Below are positions 1-12,070 of a DNA stretch of 64,000 bases, in pieces (the stretch's first letter is position 1; each line of letters starts with the position of its first letter). Position numbers and translations under genes: made by a program. The stretch covers positions 10,230,001 through 10,294,000 of the forward strand of contig CM119378.1 of NCBI GenBank assembly GCA_051294905.1, given 5' to 3'. This stretch comes from Botryllus schlosseri. Taxonomy: Eukaryota. The notes under the pieces were generated by a model that ran no database searches, had not been told where the DNA came from, and was given only the letters and a program-made list of their open reading frames with translations.

Positions 1-2277
1 CATGTGGCAGTTGTTCGACGTGGACAGTTACAGGTGACAAGATTCTACTTTTCTCGAGCCGATATTGTGGGCCTCGCCTGAAACGTTTTTACGTCATGAT
101 TGAGACTCGTGAGTCAAACTAAATGTAGATCTGATATTCTGCCGCAATTACATCTCACATACATAATGGTCGACATTTTCGATTCACAAGCATGATTTCT
201 GTTACCCACCGTAATACAACGACCACCCTCCAAGAAGCGATATGTTGCCGTCATTACGTGATGTGGCCAAAGTTGTGACCGATTATGCCCAAGAACAGGT
301 AGGAGTAGTAATCATCAAGTAGCAGAATTGAAGTTCAAATCGAAAACGAATTTTTGGGATACTTTTGTTTATCAATCGCCGGTGTCAGTTTTCAATATAC
401 AAGATGTGTGAATGATCGAGGTCGATAGAAATAGATTCAATATTCGAAATTATATCGTGTTACCGACGTACCGTGATACTTATTTAATTGCAATCAGCGA
501 CTTTATTATTTTCATCCACTAAAGGCAGACAACGTACAATGCAATGCAATAAGCGTATAGGAGGATGTCAAAACGACCAAGTATATATGGTCTATCAATC
601 GAACATTCATGTTGGCCAACTGATTGTTGTTGTTTGTGGTATTCGTGGTGTTTGTCGACCACTATGGTCATTTACATTTACACCAGGCCTATTTTCTTGT
701 TTTATCAAGTAGATGCCGACTTGTAGCACGGCCCAATTCTGTGCTTCAATAAGACACGGCTTACACGGAGGAGGTTGCGAGGAGGAGCCTAGATAAACCT
801 CCAACACTTAGGTAGGAATTTTGGAGTCGATCTCGCCCTCGAGTCGACTGCATTCATGGCCACCATGAATGCCTAGTATTATCAGGCTTTCTTTCTTTTG
901 ACGCTCCCCTCGCTCTTTTCGCGGTCTTGCTTGTATTTGTCATTCGTCTGATCTCTCTCTTTGGTTCATCCTAATGATGCCGCGAGAACAGCAACGCAGG
1001 TGACAACTCGTCCAGATAAGCCTCCGACACTTCAAAAGTTGCTACTGCCGAGACTTGAATCGATGTCTGTCGAGCCGCTGGCAATGGATTAGACAACTGC
1101 GCCACAGATGCTAATTATCCGGTTGCTATGGCAATATCACTCATAAAAGTGTTACGAATGTGTCCCAAAATTACTTTGTACTCGAGAAAATTGAAATTGT
1201 TAAAAGTAAGTGGTCGAGTCCAGGCCTGTTGAAGTAGAAGTGGCAGTGGTCTAAAATTCAGTTAGGTAGTGCAAAAAGGCAAGAATTGCAGGAAAAGTTG
1301 ACTTACTTTCTTTACTGACCCCTAGGGGATTTCACAAATGACTTTTTTTGGGAGTTAGTCAACAAAACTAGATATATAATCTTTTTAAATTTCACTGGCC
1401 ACTCCATGAGATTGCTGGTTTGTCCAATAAAAAAATGGTGAACAACAAATTTGGCTCAATCCCAACCAGTACAAGCAAAGTTATTGGAGTACAAAATTTT
1501 GGATTTGGAAAAAATAGTATTTTCGGTGGCAAATTCTTTAATTATGTATTACTGGTCTACCAACCGTAAATACTATGATTTGAAATCTCAAATTTTCAAC
1601 ACCAATAACTTCGTTTGTACTGGTTTGAATTGAGTCAAATTCATTGTGCATCGATATTTTTCAGACAATCTAACAAATAGATAAATCCAAAACTTTTTCT
1701 CTTAGCAATGCCATTATAGGTTGGAATTGGTGTGCAGCGTTTTCAAGCACTACTGTCGAATCTCGCCTCGAATCTGTCCCGATAGGATTTCAAATCGAAA
1801 TGACTTTGCTTCCGTGTTTTTACCCACGAAGTGATAACATTTTACATTATACTTTCTTTTGCGCCGTTAACACCGGCCTATCCGGATGTACGCGGGACGG
1901 TTGTCCATTGTCCAACCACACGATAATTCTTGAGGCATGCTTGTTATTTTGATTAATAATTTCGCATCGAGACAATGGTAATCCAATCAGCCCTCGTAAT
2001 ATTTAAATCATTCACAGCGAAGATTGCCACCGCATCGAAAGTTCTTCGTTTGCCATAGGCTAGGCTCGAATCAATAATGCTCTTTTATTCAATCCTTGAT
2101 GGGTTATCTCAAAATATATTATTAACAATAACGAATGAAAATTAATGTCAAGTGGAATCCGTATACCTGGTAATTAATTCCTCGTTATCGCATTCACCTA
2201 TCTCTGTCTCGTAGTTTCCACGCCAGTCCTACAGCGATTGCGACTCGTTCAGATATAGGCCTATCCACTGACTAACT

Positions 2278-2593
2278 TAGCGGTGCCCAACCTTTTTCGA
2301 CTCATCGTCGCCTTTTCAAGCTTCACACCGATCATCGCCCCCAAATACTGGGAACCGAGAAATGGGCATACAAACCGTAACCACCGGCGAGTTGACTTAA
2401 AAAATATCAACTTTCCGGGCTCGACCTCGAAATTATATCATTTCTCATCATTAGGTCATTTCTCCGACTTGAATCCACTATAGCCGTTTTAACACGCCAC
2501 CGCCCCCTATCGCTCCCGTCGTTATTTTCGCTCCCCTAGGCCGCTAACTTTCCCAGTGGGAGGGGACGATATCGCCCACGTTGGGAACCACTG
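2278..2593. mobile_element. Non-autonomous hAT (Charlie/Buster-like) MITE
   Basis: Imperfect TIRs TAGCGGTGCCCAAC / GTTGGGAACCACTG. Flanked by GACTAACT (2270-2277) and AACTAACT (2594-2601), a 7/8 TSD. Confidence 0.75.
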
Positions 2594-3884
2594 AACTAAC
2601 TCGTCGAGTCAATTGAAATACAGAAAAACACATTTAATTTGCCAGGACTTTCAGAAAATCAACCAACCTCAAATTACCGTGAGTATAGAGAATATACAAT
2701 AGGCCATGCAAAACATCCAATGGAATGACAACGATCATATCACCAGTTTATAGTCGTTAACAAACTCTGGATACAACGACAAGTCGCACATTTGCCGGCA
2801 TCATCACTTCTCATTGTTGTGTAGCATTTGAGGAATATTGATGTAGGTTAGCGCTATTAAATAACGTTTGCAATATCTTCTGCAAGATCGGGAAGAACCT
2901 GGACTACAATGACCATAAAGATTGTCACAATATCTCCACAAAATATCACCGGTAATAATAATCATTATGACTGGGTTATTAAGGCTTGTAGCAACGTCAG
3001 TTCGCTCTTCTGTATCGTTCAAATTTCCCGGGCCGTTATGGTGACAACGAAAACTGTTCCTCTACTCATAACAGAGCACGTGTTGGAACAATTGTATAGC
3101 ATGTCGATAAAATGCCCGAGACACAAGACACTGATGCGTCAATCTGTAATCTCAGAATTAGTTGTTGTTTAGTATCGAAGGGATTGTATGTTTATATGAA
3201 TTTGCATCAGGACTGTTCGTTAACGGACCAGGCAGTTTGTGGGGATCCATTTAACTTTCCTTCATTCAGCCATATCTCACTTGGTTTTGATTATAATCAG
3301 TATAGTTAAGCCTGAGTCATGCTTGACACGTGTTACGATAATACATAGCAAGAAAGTAAGCGGCGGAATTCAGGTAGTAACCAAAAGTATCTACAATCGC
3401 GAGAAATATTTTGCCTCCGGACGTTGTAACAATCGTGTTATAATCAGGGCTTTGGAGCCGGAGCCGGAGCCCCGGAGCCGTGCATTTTTACCGGAGCTGG
3501 AGCCGGAGCCGGAGCTCTACATAAAATTCAGCCAGAGCCGGAGTCGGAGCTGGAGCCAGTTATTTTATGGGTAGCTCCGGCTCCGACGTATTTCATAAGA
3601 TGCTATATGCAACAACCATATCTGCTGAGTTCACATAATTCAACAGCGGGCCTTCGCGAAATTACGAATCTTTTCCTCTTTGGCGCTACCTTTTCCGACT
3701 AACCATGTTCCTGGGGATTTAACAGCAGAGCAGTCGTATGTTCAATGTTCAATTTTCATGCATTAGTGCCGAACCTCGGTATGCAAAATATGCCTGTGAA
3801 TATTGTGAGCATTCGGCATACCCGCAATTTCATCATCAGCACAACCTTGTTGGCCAATTGTATACGGTTTGAGAATAATGATCA

Positions 3885-4030
3885 CTATGTATTACGCGAA
3901 ATGGGAGAGAGGATAAAAACGTTATTTCGTTGCACATGTCGATATGACGAGCACGAGCCGAGAAATTCCATCTCATTGTTGCTATGAATCGGATGAGCAA
4001 ATAGCCTACTCGTTCTTTCGTGATAGTTCT
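3885..4030 (-). pseudogene. hAT transposase C-terminal dimerisation-domain remnant
   Basis: PIHSNNEME...RN resembles the hAT LPHSNAxxERxFS...RNxL motif. Same strand as the fragment at 36294-36680. Confidence 0.45.
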
Positions 4031-4642
4031 TTAATCGGGCTGCGAAATTGGACAGTGTTATTGAGTATGCAATTATGCATGCTAATTGGAATTCATTACT
4101 GCGCATCATCGTCGTTCACTCCAGTAAGGATTTTCGAGCGTAAATAGGGGATGGCAGAAGAGTAGCCCAAAACCCCATGGTATCTTATGTTGGAGACAAA
4201 TTACTGATTTGGAACGCGATTTCCAATTTGTATTCATCTGTTTCGTAAACTTCTAAATGTGCAATATGCATACTGCATAGTTTAATTCGTTATGGGCATG
4301 GCGCAATGTGCATGGCACAGTGTTAAATTCGATTCGTTTCAACAGGAAAATATTATATTCCGATAAACTTGATCGACACCGGATGGACTGGTAACAAGTG
4401 CACCAATATCGAACGTCAAACCATTGGCCATTTGGTACAAATCGAATTTTTATAGATCACGTCGTTATATCCGCCCATATTGCTCTCACTGCAGTTACAG
4501 TTGAATGATAATCGCACATTTAAAGATTGAATTGAGCTGTATGGCTTAATGTCAACGAGTACAGTGCCAGTGTTAAAACGCCGCAACAGAATTTTACTGC
4601 TGTACACAGCAATGGCATGGAGTAAAGTGCGTTCTAGTCAGT

Positions 4643-5194
4643 TTTAACGCAGAGCGAACGTTTGTAGTTGTATAATTGTATATCTGACTCCAGAAAGGTT
4701 GCGTTTACGATTCGCTGCGTGTTTCTTCTTCCGTTCGACGACCGGCGTAACCACGCCGTACGACCTTGTTGGCTGACGTACCACGAAGCCTGTCTCTTGC
4801 ACACGAATTCGATGGATCACACTGACGAATATATTTTGTTTCTGTCACCACGACTTGTAATTTTATTGCCAATCACGTATGGCTCAAAATGCGATCTATA
4901 TTCCCTCAATCAGCGAAATACTTATGAATGTCTATCGACTTCCGAATCATCGAAATAACCATGAATGTATATCGACTTCCGAATCAGCTAATAATCATGA
5001 ATGTATATGTACGCTGTATTACATCCGTATATATATCATAGCCACAACAGATTACGTGCACCAAACATCGTACGATTTATTTCCCTTATCTATAATTCAC
5101 ACGACAAATATACGACTCACGAAGGTCTTATCGGGTTTACCAACTCCTTATTGCATATAATTAAAATGGCGTTATACCAATATACTTCGTTAAA
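4643..5194 (-). repeat. 3' LTR of the minus-strand element
   Basis: Copy of 35524-36075 with termini TTTAACG...CGTTAAA. Preceded on the minus strand by a polypurine tract. Confidence 0.9.
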
Positions 5195-5208
5195 AGTTCC
5201 CCCTTCCT
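5195..5208 (-). promoter_or_regulatory. Polypurine tract
   Basis: Minus strand reads AGGAAGGGGGAACT immediately before the 3' LTR. Confidence 0.8.
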
Positions 5209-5811
5209 ACCAAAAGAACTTGGTGTAAAAAAAAAACGAATATATTGGTCAATATCTCATACCTAGGGTCATACGACATATGGACGGGGCTAATCATAGG
5301 GACTGAAGCTAATCCTAGGGATTGAAGTTAATCTTAGGGATTGGAGACAGGAAACGATTTTATATGCAGGGGCAAAAGTAAACTAATGAAACATACCATC
5401 CAAGCGTGGCATTCGGAAACCCTATTTTACATCACCACCTCGGAACGACTCGCAATATCATCGTTCCGTCCTACTGGCTACTGAAACTCAGAGCAACAAT
5501 AGTTAACGTTCAAACAAAACAAAGAAATAAAAGACATAATTCAACCAGCACAAAAGCGTTACAACCGTGACATTAAAGATCACTTCGCATGCAATCAACA
5601 AGTTGATGAAAATGTATAATAAAGAGCAACAAAAACTAGAAAATGCAATGCAATTCATAGACGAAACCAGTCTATATGCACTGACGAAAGTCATCAACGT
5701 GTATGCAAGGTCAACACCATAATTCCTTCAGCAATCATGCTTCAAAACCCACAGAACATGCTATTCACTGTCATTCACTTACTTCTTCTACTTTCTCATT
5801 ATTACTGTCAA

Positions 5812-7932
5812 CATAGGCGCCGACTTTTATTTTTTTACGAGGTGGCGAATGCTTGTGACGTCATAATTGTTCCGTGTCGATGACGTCATCGTCGCACTAA
5901 AACGCACTTTCCTACACGCCGCTGGTGTGACTGTGCAGTGCAGACTGCAGAGTACCAATCACTGATTGATTGATTGATCAGCGTTAACCATTTGCGTTTT
6001 ACGTTAAGTTTTAATATCGACTCTGCACTCATTATTATCAAACCATGCAGTCAAGTTATTAAGTGGAATCTTAAAACGGTACGATCATTCGTCCGACGAT
6101 GTATACGATGCATTCCATCAGGCGGAATGCATCGAACAGAAATCAGAATTTACGTCAGAATTTGAAGTTGCATCAATGTTATCAACGAGCAATGCGTCGT
6201 GTGAGTAACGAAATACACCACGCACTGGACTGGCAAGTTCGCAAGTAACACACGACAACTCTCGAATATGAGGTTTTCAAACCGACAATAATGATGATTA
6301 CAAAGTAAAATCGCGCAGCTAATCAGCAATTGTCTCGTGCGGTTTCTGGCTTCGCATTGAGAAGCTCGCATCGCGGCAATTGTTTGCAGATTAAAACAGG
6401 GATTTTGGCGGCATTGGGGCATTTCCCGATTTACGCTCGCTAAGAATTTTTGGAGTACATCCAGGCGCGAAGCCAGGGGTTTCGGGGGTCGAAAGCCCCT
6501 CCTTAAACGCGAAACCCTGCCCTTTTCAAATGAGCGCTCTGACTGTAATACTCGGTTGCAATTCAGTCGTATTATCAGTGTTACGCGCGGCCAATTAACG
6601 AAAGCCGTGTCGACAATAAGCGAGATTCGTCATTCGTCCGTACGCATTGCACTGCACAATGTAACGCGACACGGTCTCCCGCTGGGATAATTGCGGAATT
6701 AGGTCATTCACTGCCCCGCGCTCGGCAGTTGTTGGTAGCCTGATTTATCGCGTCACCTACATGCCTAATTCCACTGGCTTGAATAATCGCATCTGCAATA
6801 GGCCCGGTGCGCACGATATCATCGTTGGCTTACAAAATCGCATCTGCATTGGCTTGGTGCACACGAGATCATCACTGGCCAACACAATCGCATCTGCAAT
6901 AGGCTTAGTACGAAAGATATCGCTAGCCAAACTACCGCGTCTCGGGCCTACCATGCTTTGGCTCCTACTTTCCGATGGCGATAGCTTGGATAAAATGCCG
7001 TTAAGTGTATGCTGATTAGCGATTGTGGTTAAAGAGTGACTTCGCGAGACTGAATGACATCGAATGTCCGCAAACATGTGCGGCGCGTGCGTACATGCGT
7101 AATTGATTTCCGCTAATACTTGAACATAATCATCAGAAGCTGTCATAAGGCTTGAGTTATAAAAGAGGAAAGGTTTGAACCACCTGAAATCGGCGTCATT
7201 GTAGCACATATTCCAAATAAACTCGTACATTTTGACTTGCGCAAATCGTCGCCAACGCTACATAAGACGTAGGACGCATTGATAAGCGCGCGTATTTAAT
7301 TGTTCACGACCGATCAGGGAGTCGCTAATTAACAGCACTTGCGGACTCGTCGACAAGCTTATCATACGAGTATCATCACGATGATATCGTTCACACCAGG
7401 CAGAAGCCGCCAATGCAGATGCGATTGCGCAGACAAGCGATGATATAGTTTGAACTGGGCCTATTGCAGATGCGATTGTTCAAGCCAGCGAAATCAGGCT
7501 TGTTCGAGATGCGATAAATCAGGCTGGCGACGATTGCCACGCACACCGCAATGACTGAACTAATTTCGCGACCATCGCAGCGGGATATCATCACAGACTC
7601 TTCGCGCTGATTGAAAACTTGCCTCTCGCAAATAGGCCGCACGGAACAACGATAACACAATTACTGAATATTGGAGTTAAAATGGTCATTTCAAAATGAC
7701 GGGCTTTCGCGTTTCAAACAGGGGGATTCGAACCCCCTGGCTACGCGCATGGTACACGCGCGTATAAATAACGAAGACGTCTCTAAGGATGTCGCATCGA
7801 TTCGCCTGATTACTAATTACTGGTCACAAACAACTTGGGCGTTTGAGCATTTCGTACGAGGTGGCCGCCACCTCGTGAATATGGTGACGAGGTGGCTGCG
7901 CCACCTCGTAACCTCGTAAGTCGGCGCCTATG
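5812..7932. mobile_element. Non-autonomous hAT-type element
   Basis: Perfect 15-bp TIR CATAGGCGCCGACTT. Perfect 8-bp TSD ACTGTCAA (5804-5811, 7933-7940). Subterminal ACGAGGTGGC repeats. Confidence 0.9.
6462..7751. mobile_element. Foldback/TIR element nested in the hAT element
   Basis: CAGGCGCGAAGCCAGGGG matches the reverse complement of ...CCCCCTGGCTACGCGCATG. Long imperfect inverted arms (6680-6900 vs 7400-7590) carry AATCGCATCTGCAAT repeats. No clean TSD found. Confidence 0.6.
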
Positions 7933-8367
7933 ACTGTCAACCCGTCCAGCGGGAACAGCAACCATTCCTACCAAATCCGTGTTGTCCGTTCCGCGTCTAC
8001 GTAACAACAGAGGGCTTATGGCAATCCGATAACCATTCTACAGCGACCATCTCCAAATAAGACGCACCGTTCCGTGACCACAACCGGGCCTACACGAGAC
8101 TAACATTTTGGTACAAGTGAAGTAAAAACCGTAACGAATGACGGGATGTAATGGGAACACTGAGTGTAGGTATTGAAGTGTTGCACTATATACGTGAAAA
8201 TGTTGCACATGAATGGGAAATTAGAGGGTGCATTGAGTAGTACGACCCATATGGAACAGGTGTATTATAAGCCCTAGGAGGTTAAAACGTGGATTTGCCA
8301 TATCCAGAAATGACGACTGGAGTGGGCGCTTGCGAGCAAACCTTCAAACCTAAAAACGTAACATTTT

Positions 8368-9393
8368 GTGCAGAGGCATGCCGGCAACATTATACGCTCG
8401 GTTAAAAGAGAAATATCATACAAATACGTGTATCTTTGCCGTCTTAATATTACAGAAGCATCGGGAGTACCTCACAACGTTCTGCGCCTGGCCCAATCTG
8501 GAATTCTGCTCAACAATCGGGATTGTATCATGTTCTTGAGGAGTCAGGGATTATTGGCTCAGCAAATGGATTGTCAAAGGTGCACAGCCCCGATGGTCGA
8601 GGAAAGGACGCGTACTATGGATGACGGGTGGAGGTTTTGTTGTCGGGATAAAGACTGCCGCACGACGAGTACTATACGAAAATGGTCACTATTCAACAAC
8701 AGCAAGGTTGGACTCCCTGAATTACTTATAATATCATATTTTTGGGCACATGATAGTGTCCAGAATCACATCTCGCACGAATCCGAAATTAGCCCTCGAT
8801 CAATCGTGGTATGGTCGGGCCATTTGCGACGGGTGTGCGCAGCAGATGTACGACGCCATAAGAAGAAACTGGGAGGCTATCAAAGAACAGTGGTAGTGGA
8901 TGAATCCCATCTAGCTAAGCGCCGCCGTGGCGTGGCTGGAAGCCAGGCCGCTAGAAAGGCTATTTGGGTTGTAGGTGGCACTGACCGGACGACGGGAGAA
9001 ATGTTCGCGGAAATAACGGCAGACAGGACTGCAGAGGTCATGAAACGTATCCTAGTCGAAAATATAGCCAGAGGCTCTACCATAGTGACAGATTGTTACC
9101 CGTCCTACAATGGAATAGAACAGTGGGGCCAGGATTACCAACACAGATCCGTGGATCATTCAATTGGCTTTATTTCTCCATCCTTTATTCATTCTAATGA
9201 CCAGGAGGCACAATGGAGTAGCTTAAAATACCACTTGAGGCGCTCAAGAGGTTTGGCAAGGCATCTCCTGCAAGAGTACGTTGATGAATGGTTATATAAA
9301 CGGCGATATGGCAGGAGTAATGTATTTGCGGCTTTGTTAAAGTCCATACGTGAAGATCCGCGGTTTGACGTGCGGCAAGCTACTAGCACATAG
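8368..9393 (+). CDS. Merlin (IS1595/ISXO2-like) DDE transposase
   Basis: N-terminal CQRC...CCRDKDC zinc finger. Motifs VVVDESHL, IWVVGG, STIVTDCYPSY, HRSVDHS, HSNDQEAQWSSLK, LQEYVDEWLYKRRY. DDE triad intact. True start uncertain: GTG start, possible acceptor at 8454-8455. Confidence 0.92.
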   Translation: MQRHAGNIIRSVKREISYKYVYLCRLNITEASGVPHNVLRLAQSGILLNNRDCIMFLRSQGLLAQQMDCQRCTAPMVEERTRTMDDGWRFCCRDKDCRTTSTIRKWSLFNNSKVGLPELLIISYFWAHDSVQNHISHESEISPRSIVVWSGHLRRVCAADVRRHKKKLGGYQRTVVVDESHLAKRRRGVAGSQAARKAIWVVGGTDRTTGEMFAEITADRTAEVMKRILVENIARGSTIVTDCYPSYNGIEQWGQDYQHRSVDHSIGFISPSFIHSNDQEAQWSSLKYHLRRSRGLARHLLQEYVDEWLYKRRYGRSNVFAALLKSIREDPRFDVRQATST

Positions 9394-9679
9394 AACCGGA
9401 TATCCGGACCTTAATAGGCCAAACCTGCTTGCACAAACAAACACTGGACTGACGTATGACGTCAACTTTTCTCACTTCCCGAAAATATGTCACATATTGC
9501 CTAGTTAGAATGTTTACATCTCATGACTAAACAATTAAATTAACTGATCGATCAAGAATATCTGTAGAACCAAGATGAGACGGGTCTAACCCTGTTCCTA
9601 CTTTTACAGACTGGTAGAATTACATATATTGTCAAATTTGATAATTAATGAATTTTCCTGACGTACCTGTGCCTGCACA

Positions 9680-12070
9680 ATGGTCAGCTTTTCTTTTATT
9701 GGTCATTACGGTTGTATGCTGCTTCATACATCTGCTTTGTTACTGTCTTGGGCGGAAGGAACGACAATATCTGCAAGCAATATAACGACCACATCAAGCA
9801 CCATACCCAACTATGAGGACAGAGCTAGAACAATAACTCAAGCCCAGTTTGGAAAATTACCCAGAGAGTTTCCTAAAGATTGGGCTAAATTGGAGTCGTC
9901 ACCGTGGGAGTTTATTTCGCTAGCAAAGTGCTGGGAACTACGAAACAAAACCCACAATTTTTCAAACCCGGGGATATTTTTCTCATCGACGTTTGGTTAT
10001 GTCAAGGCTGAGAGGGTCACGTTTCAAGAATACATGTATCCAACCGGACATTATTGGGATGACATAAATGCGTTTGAAAACACATGCACATGTAGGCGTC
10101 AAAAGGCATATATCACCCCAGATTTGGACTTAAAAGCCCTGGAGTCAGAGAGAACATATATAGTGCCTACCGGAAATGACTTCCGGTTAGCATGGCGATG
10201 GAAAATCGATGACTCAACCGTAAGGGGGTGGAATCCTCGAGGGCTATTTCAAATAGCCATCATGAAGTACAAACTAAAGGCCTTAAAAATGTTTGCCACA
10301 TATTCAAGTGTTAAAATAAACTGTGTCACCGATACGGTGGCGAATGAAGAAATAATGAAGGAAAGGAATGTCTACAATGATACTTCTACAGATCTGGTAG
10401 ACTGTGTTCGCTTGCTACAAATTCTGCGTTGCACTACCTGCTCTTTTCGCGGATTGGTCATTGCCTATCGACCCCATCCTAACAAGATTATCATTCAGGA
10501 AGAAGACGAAACTAGAAATTCAAGGACGTCATTGAACATTGAAATGGATTTTACTCCGGGTATACACAACTATCACCCTTCTACGCCCGTATGGTCAAAT
10601 GCCATAGTCGGGGACAAACCAACGTTACCAGAAGAGATAGTTTGGGTTTTTCCCTCCTACCCCAACAAGTACGGAACGAACTACAGGGATTCACAGATAC
10701 CTACAAAAATTGCTGGAGGACTGCCGATATACCGGCTGTATCCTTCGTTACTAAAAGAAGATCAACGATGTGTCAGACGAGTACAAGGAAACAAGGCAAT
10801 CTGTAAAGATCCTGTGGGAAGTTTGCATATGAAACTGGCCTATTGGGACCAAGTGATATATGATTCTCAGGCCAATCTAAAAAGATACCCTGGGAAACCG
10901 CTGGTCGTATTAGGAGGTCGCAAAACTGATTTGGAAACTAAGGATCCTAATCTTCCAGGAGGAAAGGGGAGACATAAGAGACTCTTTTTTTCATTGTTTG
11001 TACTGGCTTTTTCAACTATCCTAAGCTTGGCAATCACTTCTAACCTTGAAAGCATGATAAACCGCAACATGGACGACTTGACGTATCAAATGAACGCGAG
11101 ATTTACTAAAATTGAAAGCGATCTGAAAACAGTGGCAGACGGATTGAATGACCTCTCGCTCATAGGAGTAGCTCGAGCTCAAAAGCTCAACGAATTGATT
11201 GTAACTAATCTACGTAAGGGGGCGGTAACTGAGGCAAGACTTCAAACTATCACAAATATGATTTGGAACAACCGAAATATGATAATCTCTCAGGTAGATA
11301 GCCATTTGTCCACAATACAGACCGTTCAAGAAATGTCGATTGCCGAACTTTCCCTTAATCAATTAGTCATGCAACAACTACAGAACCTAACGGCTAAACC
11401 CCTATTCGATAAAAACAAAGCTTATGCCGTACGAATAAAGTCAGGCATCCTAAGCCTACGTGAAATAGCTGAAAAAATTATCAAATTGAAGGATGAATAT
11501 GTAAATGTTTCTCAAAGCCAAGCGTTGAAACTGCAAGCCACGCGGAGAGAAATAGAAGCCATTGACAACCAGGCGGAAGTCGAAATAGAACGTTGGCAAA
11601 AAGAGGTGAACCATAGTGTTTACATCAACACTACAAATTTAGAACATGATAATGTCAGCTTTGCTCATTTGAATCGTATAATCGGGGAAGAGTTCTTTGA
11701 CGATTTCGGCGACGCAGTAAAAAGTGCCGCTAACGGGACTGGTGTAATTTTAAAGTCTTTAGCTTCTGGGGCTTCTGATATTATTTCACAAGGAATCGAG
11801 GGTATTACTGGCATCTTTGGGTCAGGATTGGGGGCCATATTCAAACCCCTCATAACACCAATTATCATCATTGCTGTAATTCTAGTCACGTTATTTCTGA
11901 TTGTTAAATTATACCCAGTTTGTTTTCCAAAAGAGAAGAGATCCAGAAATACTATAAGACAGCGTAACAACAAATCGGAAATGGAAGTTTACGTGACCTT
12001 AATGAATCCATCAAAAACTGCGCGGCGAATTGTAAAGAAACCCGATAGGTTTGGAAATCTCGGCTACTGA
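9680..12070 (+). CDS. env: Envelope-like class I fusion glycoprotein, 796 aa (env1)
   Basis: Signal peptide and Cys-containing ectodomain. Furin site RHKR (10970-10981) is followed by hydrophobic LFFSLFVLAFSTILSLAI, long heptad repeats, a Gly-rich membrane-proximal segment, TM IIIIAVILVTLFLIV and a basic tail. Several N-X-S/T sites. Confidence 0.8.
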   Translation: MVSFSFIGHYGCMLLHTSALLLSWAEGTTISASNITTTSSTIPNYEDRARTITQAQFGKLPREFPKDWAKLESSPWEFISLAKCWELRNKTHNFSNPGIFFSSTFGYVKAERVTFQEYMYPTGHYWDDINAFENTCTCRRQKAYITPDLDLKALESERTYIVPTGNDFRLAWRWKIDDSTVRGWNPRGLFQIAIMKYKLKALKMFATYSSVKINCVTDTVANEEIMKERNVYNDTSTDLVDCVRLLQILRCTTCSFRGLVIAYRPHPNKIIIQEEDETRNSRTSLNIEMDFTPGIHNYHPSTPVWSNAIVGDKPTLPEEIVWVFPSYPNKYGTNYRDSQIPTKIAGGLPIYRLYPSLLKEDQRCVRRVQGNKAICKDPVGSLHMKLAYWDQVIYDSQANLKRYPGKPLVVLGGRKTDLETKDPNLPGGKGRHKRLFFSLFVLAFSTILSLAITSNLESMINRNMDDLTYQMNARFTKIESDLKTVADGLNDLSLIGVARAQKLNELIVTNLRKGAVTEARLQTITNMIWNNRNMIISQVDSHLSTIQTVQEMSIAELSLNQLVMQQLQNLTAKPLFDKNKAYAVRIKSGILSLREIAEKIIKLKDEYVNVSQSQALKLQATRREIEAIDNQAEVEIERWQKEVNHSVYINTTNLEHDNVSFAHLNRIIGEEFFDDFGDAVKSAANGTGVILKSLASGASDIISQGIEGITGIFGSGLGAIFKPLITPIIIIAVILVTLFLIVKLYPVCFPKEKRSRNTIRQRNNKSEMEVYVTLMNPSKTARRIVKKPDRFGNLGY

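Larger units (their letters stand above)
5758..8270 (+). pseudogene. Small secreted-protein ORF split by the hAT insertion 5812-7932
   Basis: Removing the insertion and one TSD joins MLFTVIHLLLLLSHYYCQ in frame to PVQREQQPFLPNPCCPFRVYVTTEGLW... The frame continues with four internal stops to YGTGVL*. Confidence 0.45.

Noticed and set aside
3239-3574. ORF with EPEPE repeats
   Set aside because: It is translation of the GGAGCC subterminal array of the hAT.
4643-5194. Independent TIR/Helentron-type insertions at 4643 and 35524
   Set aside because: The shared outer TSD, PBS and PPT explain them better as one LTR pair.
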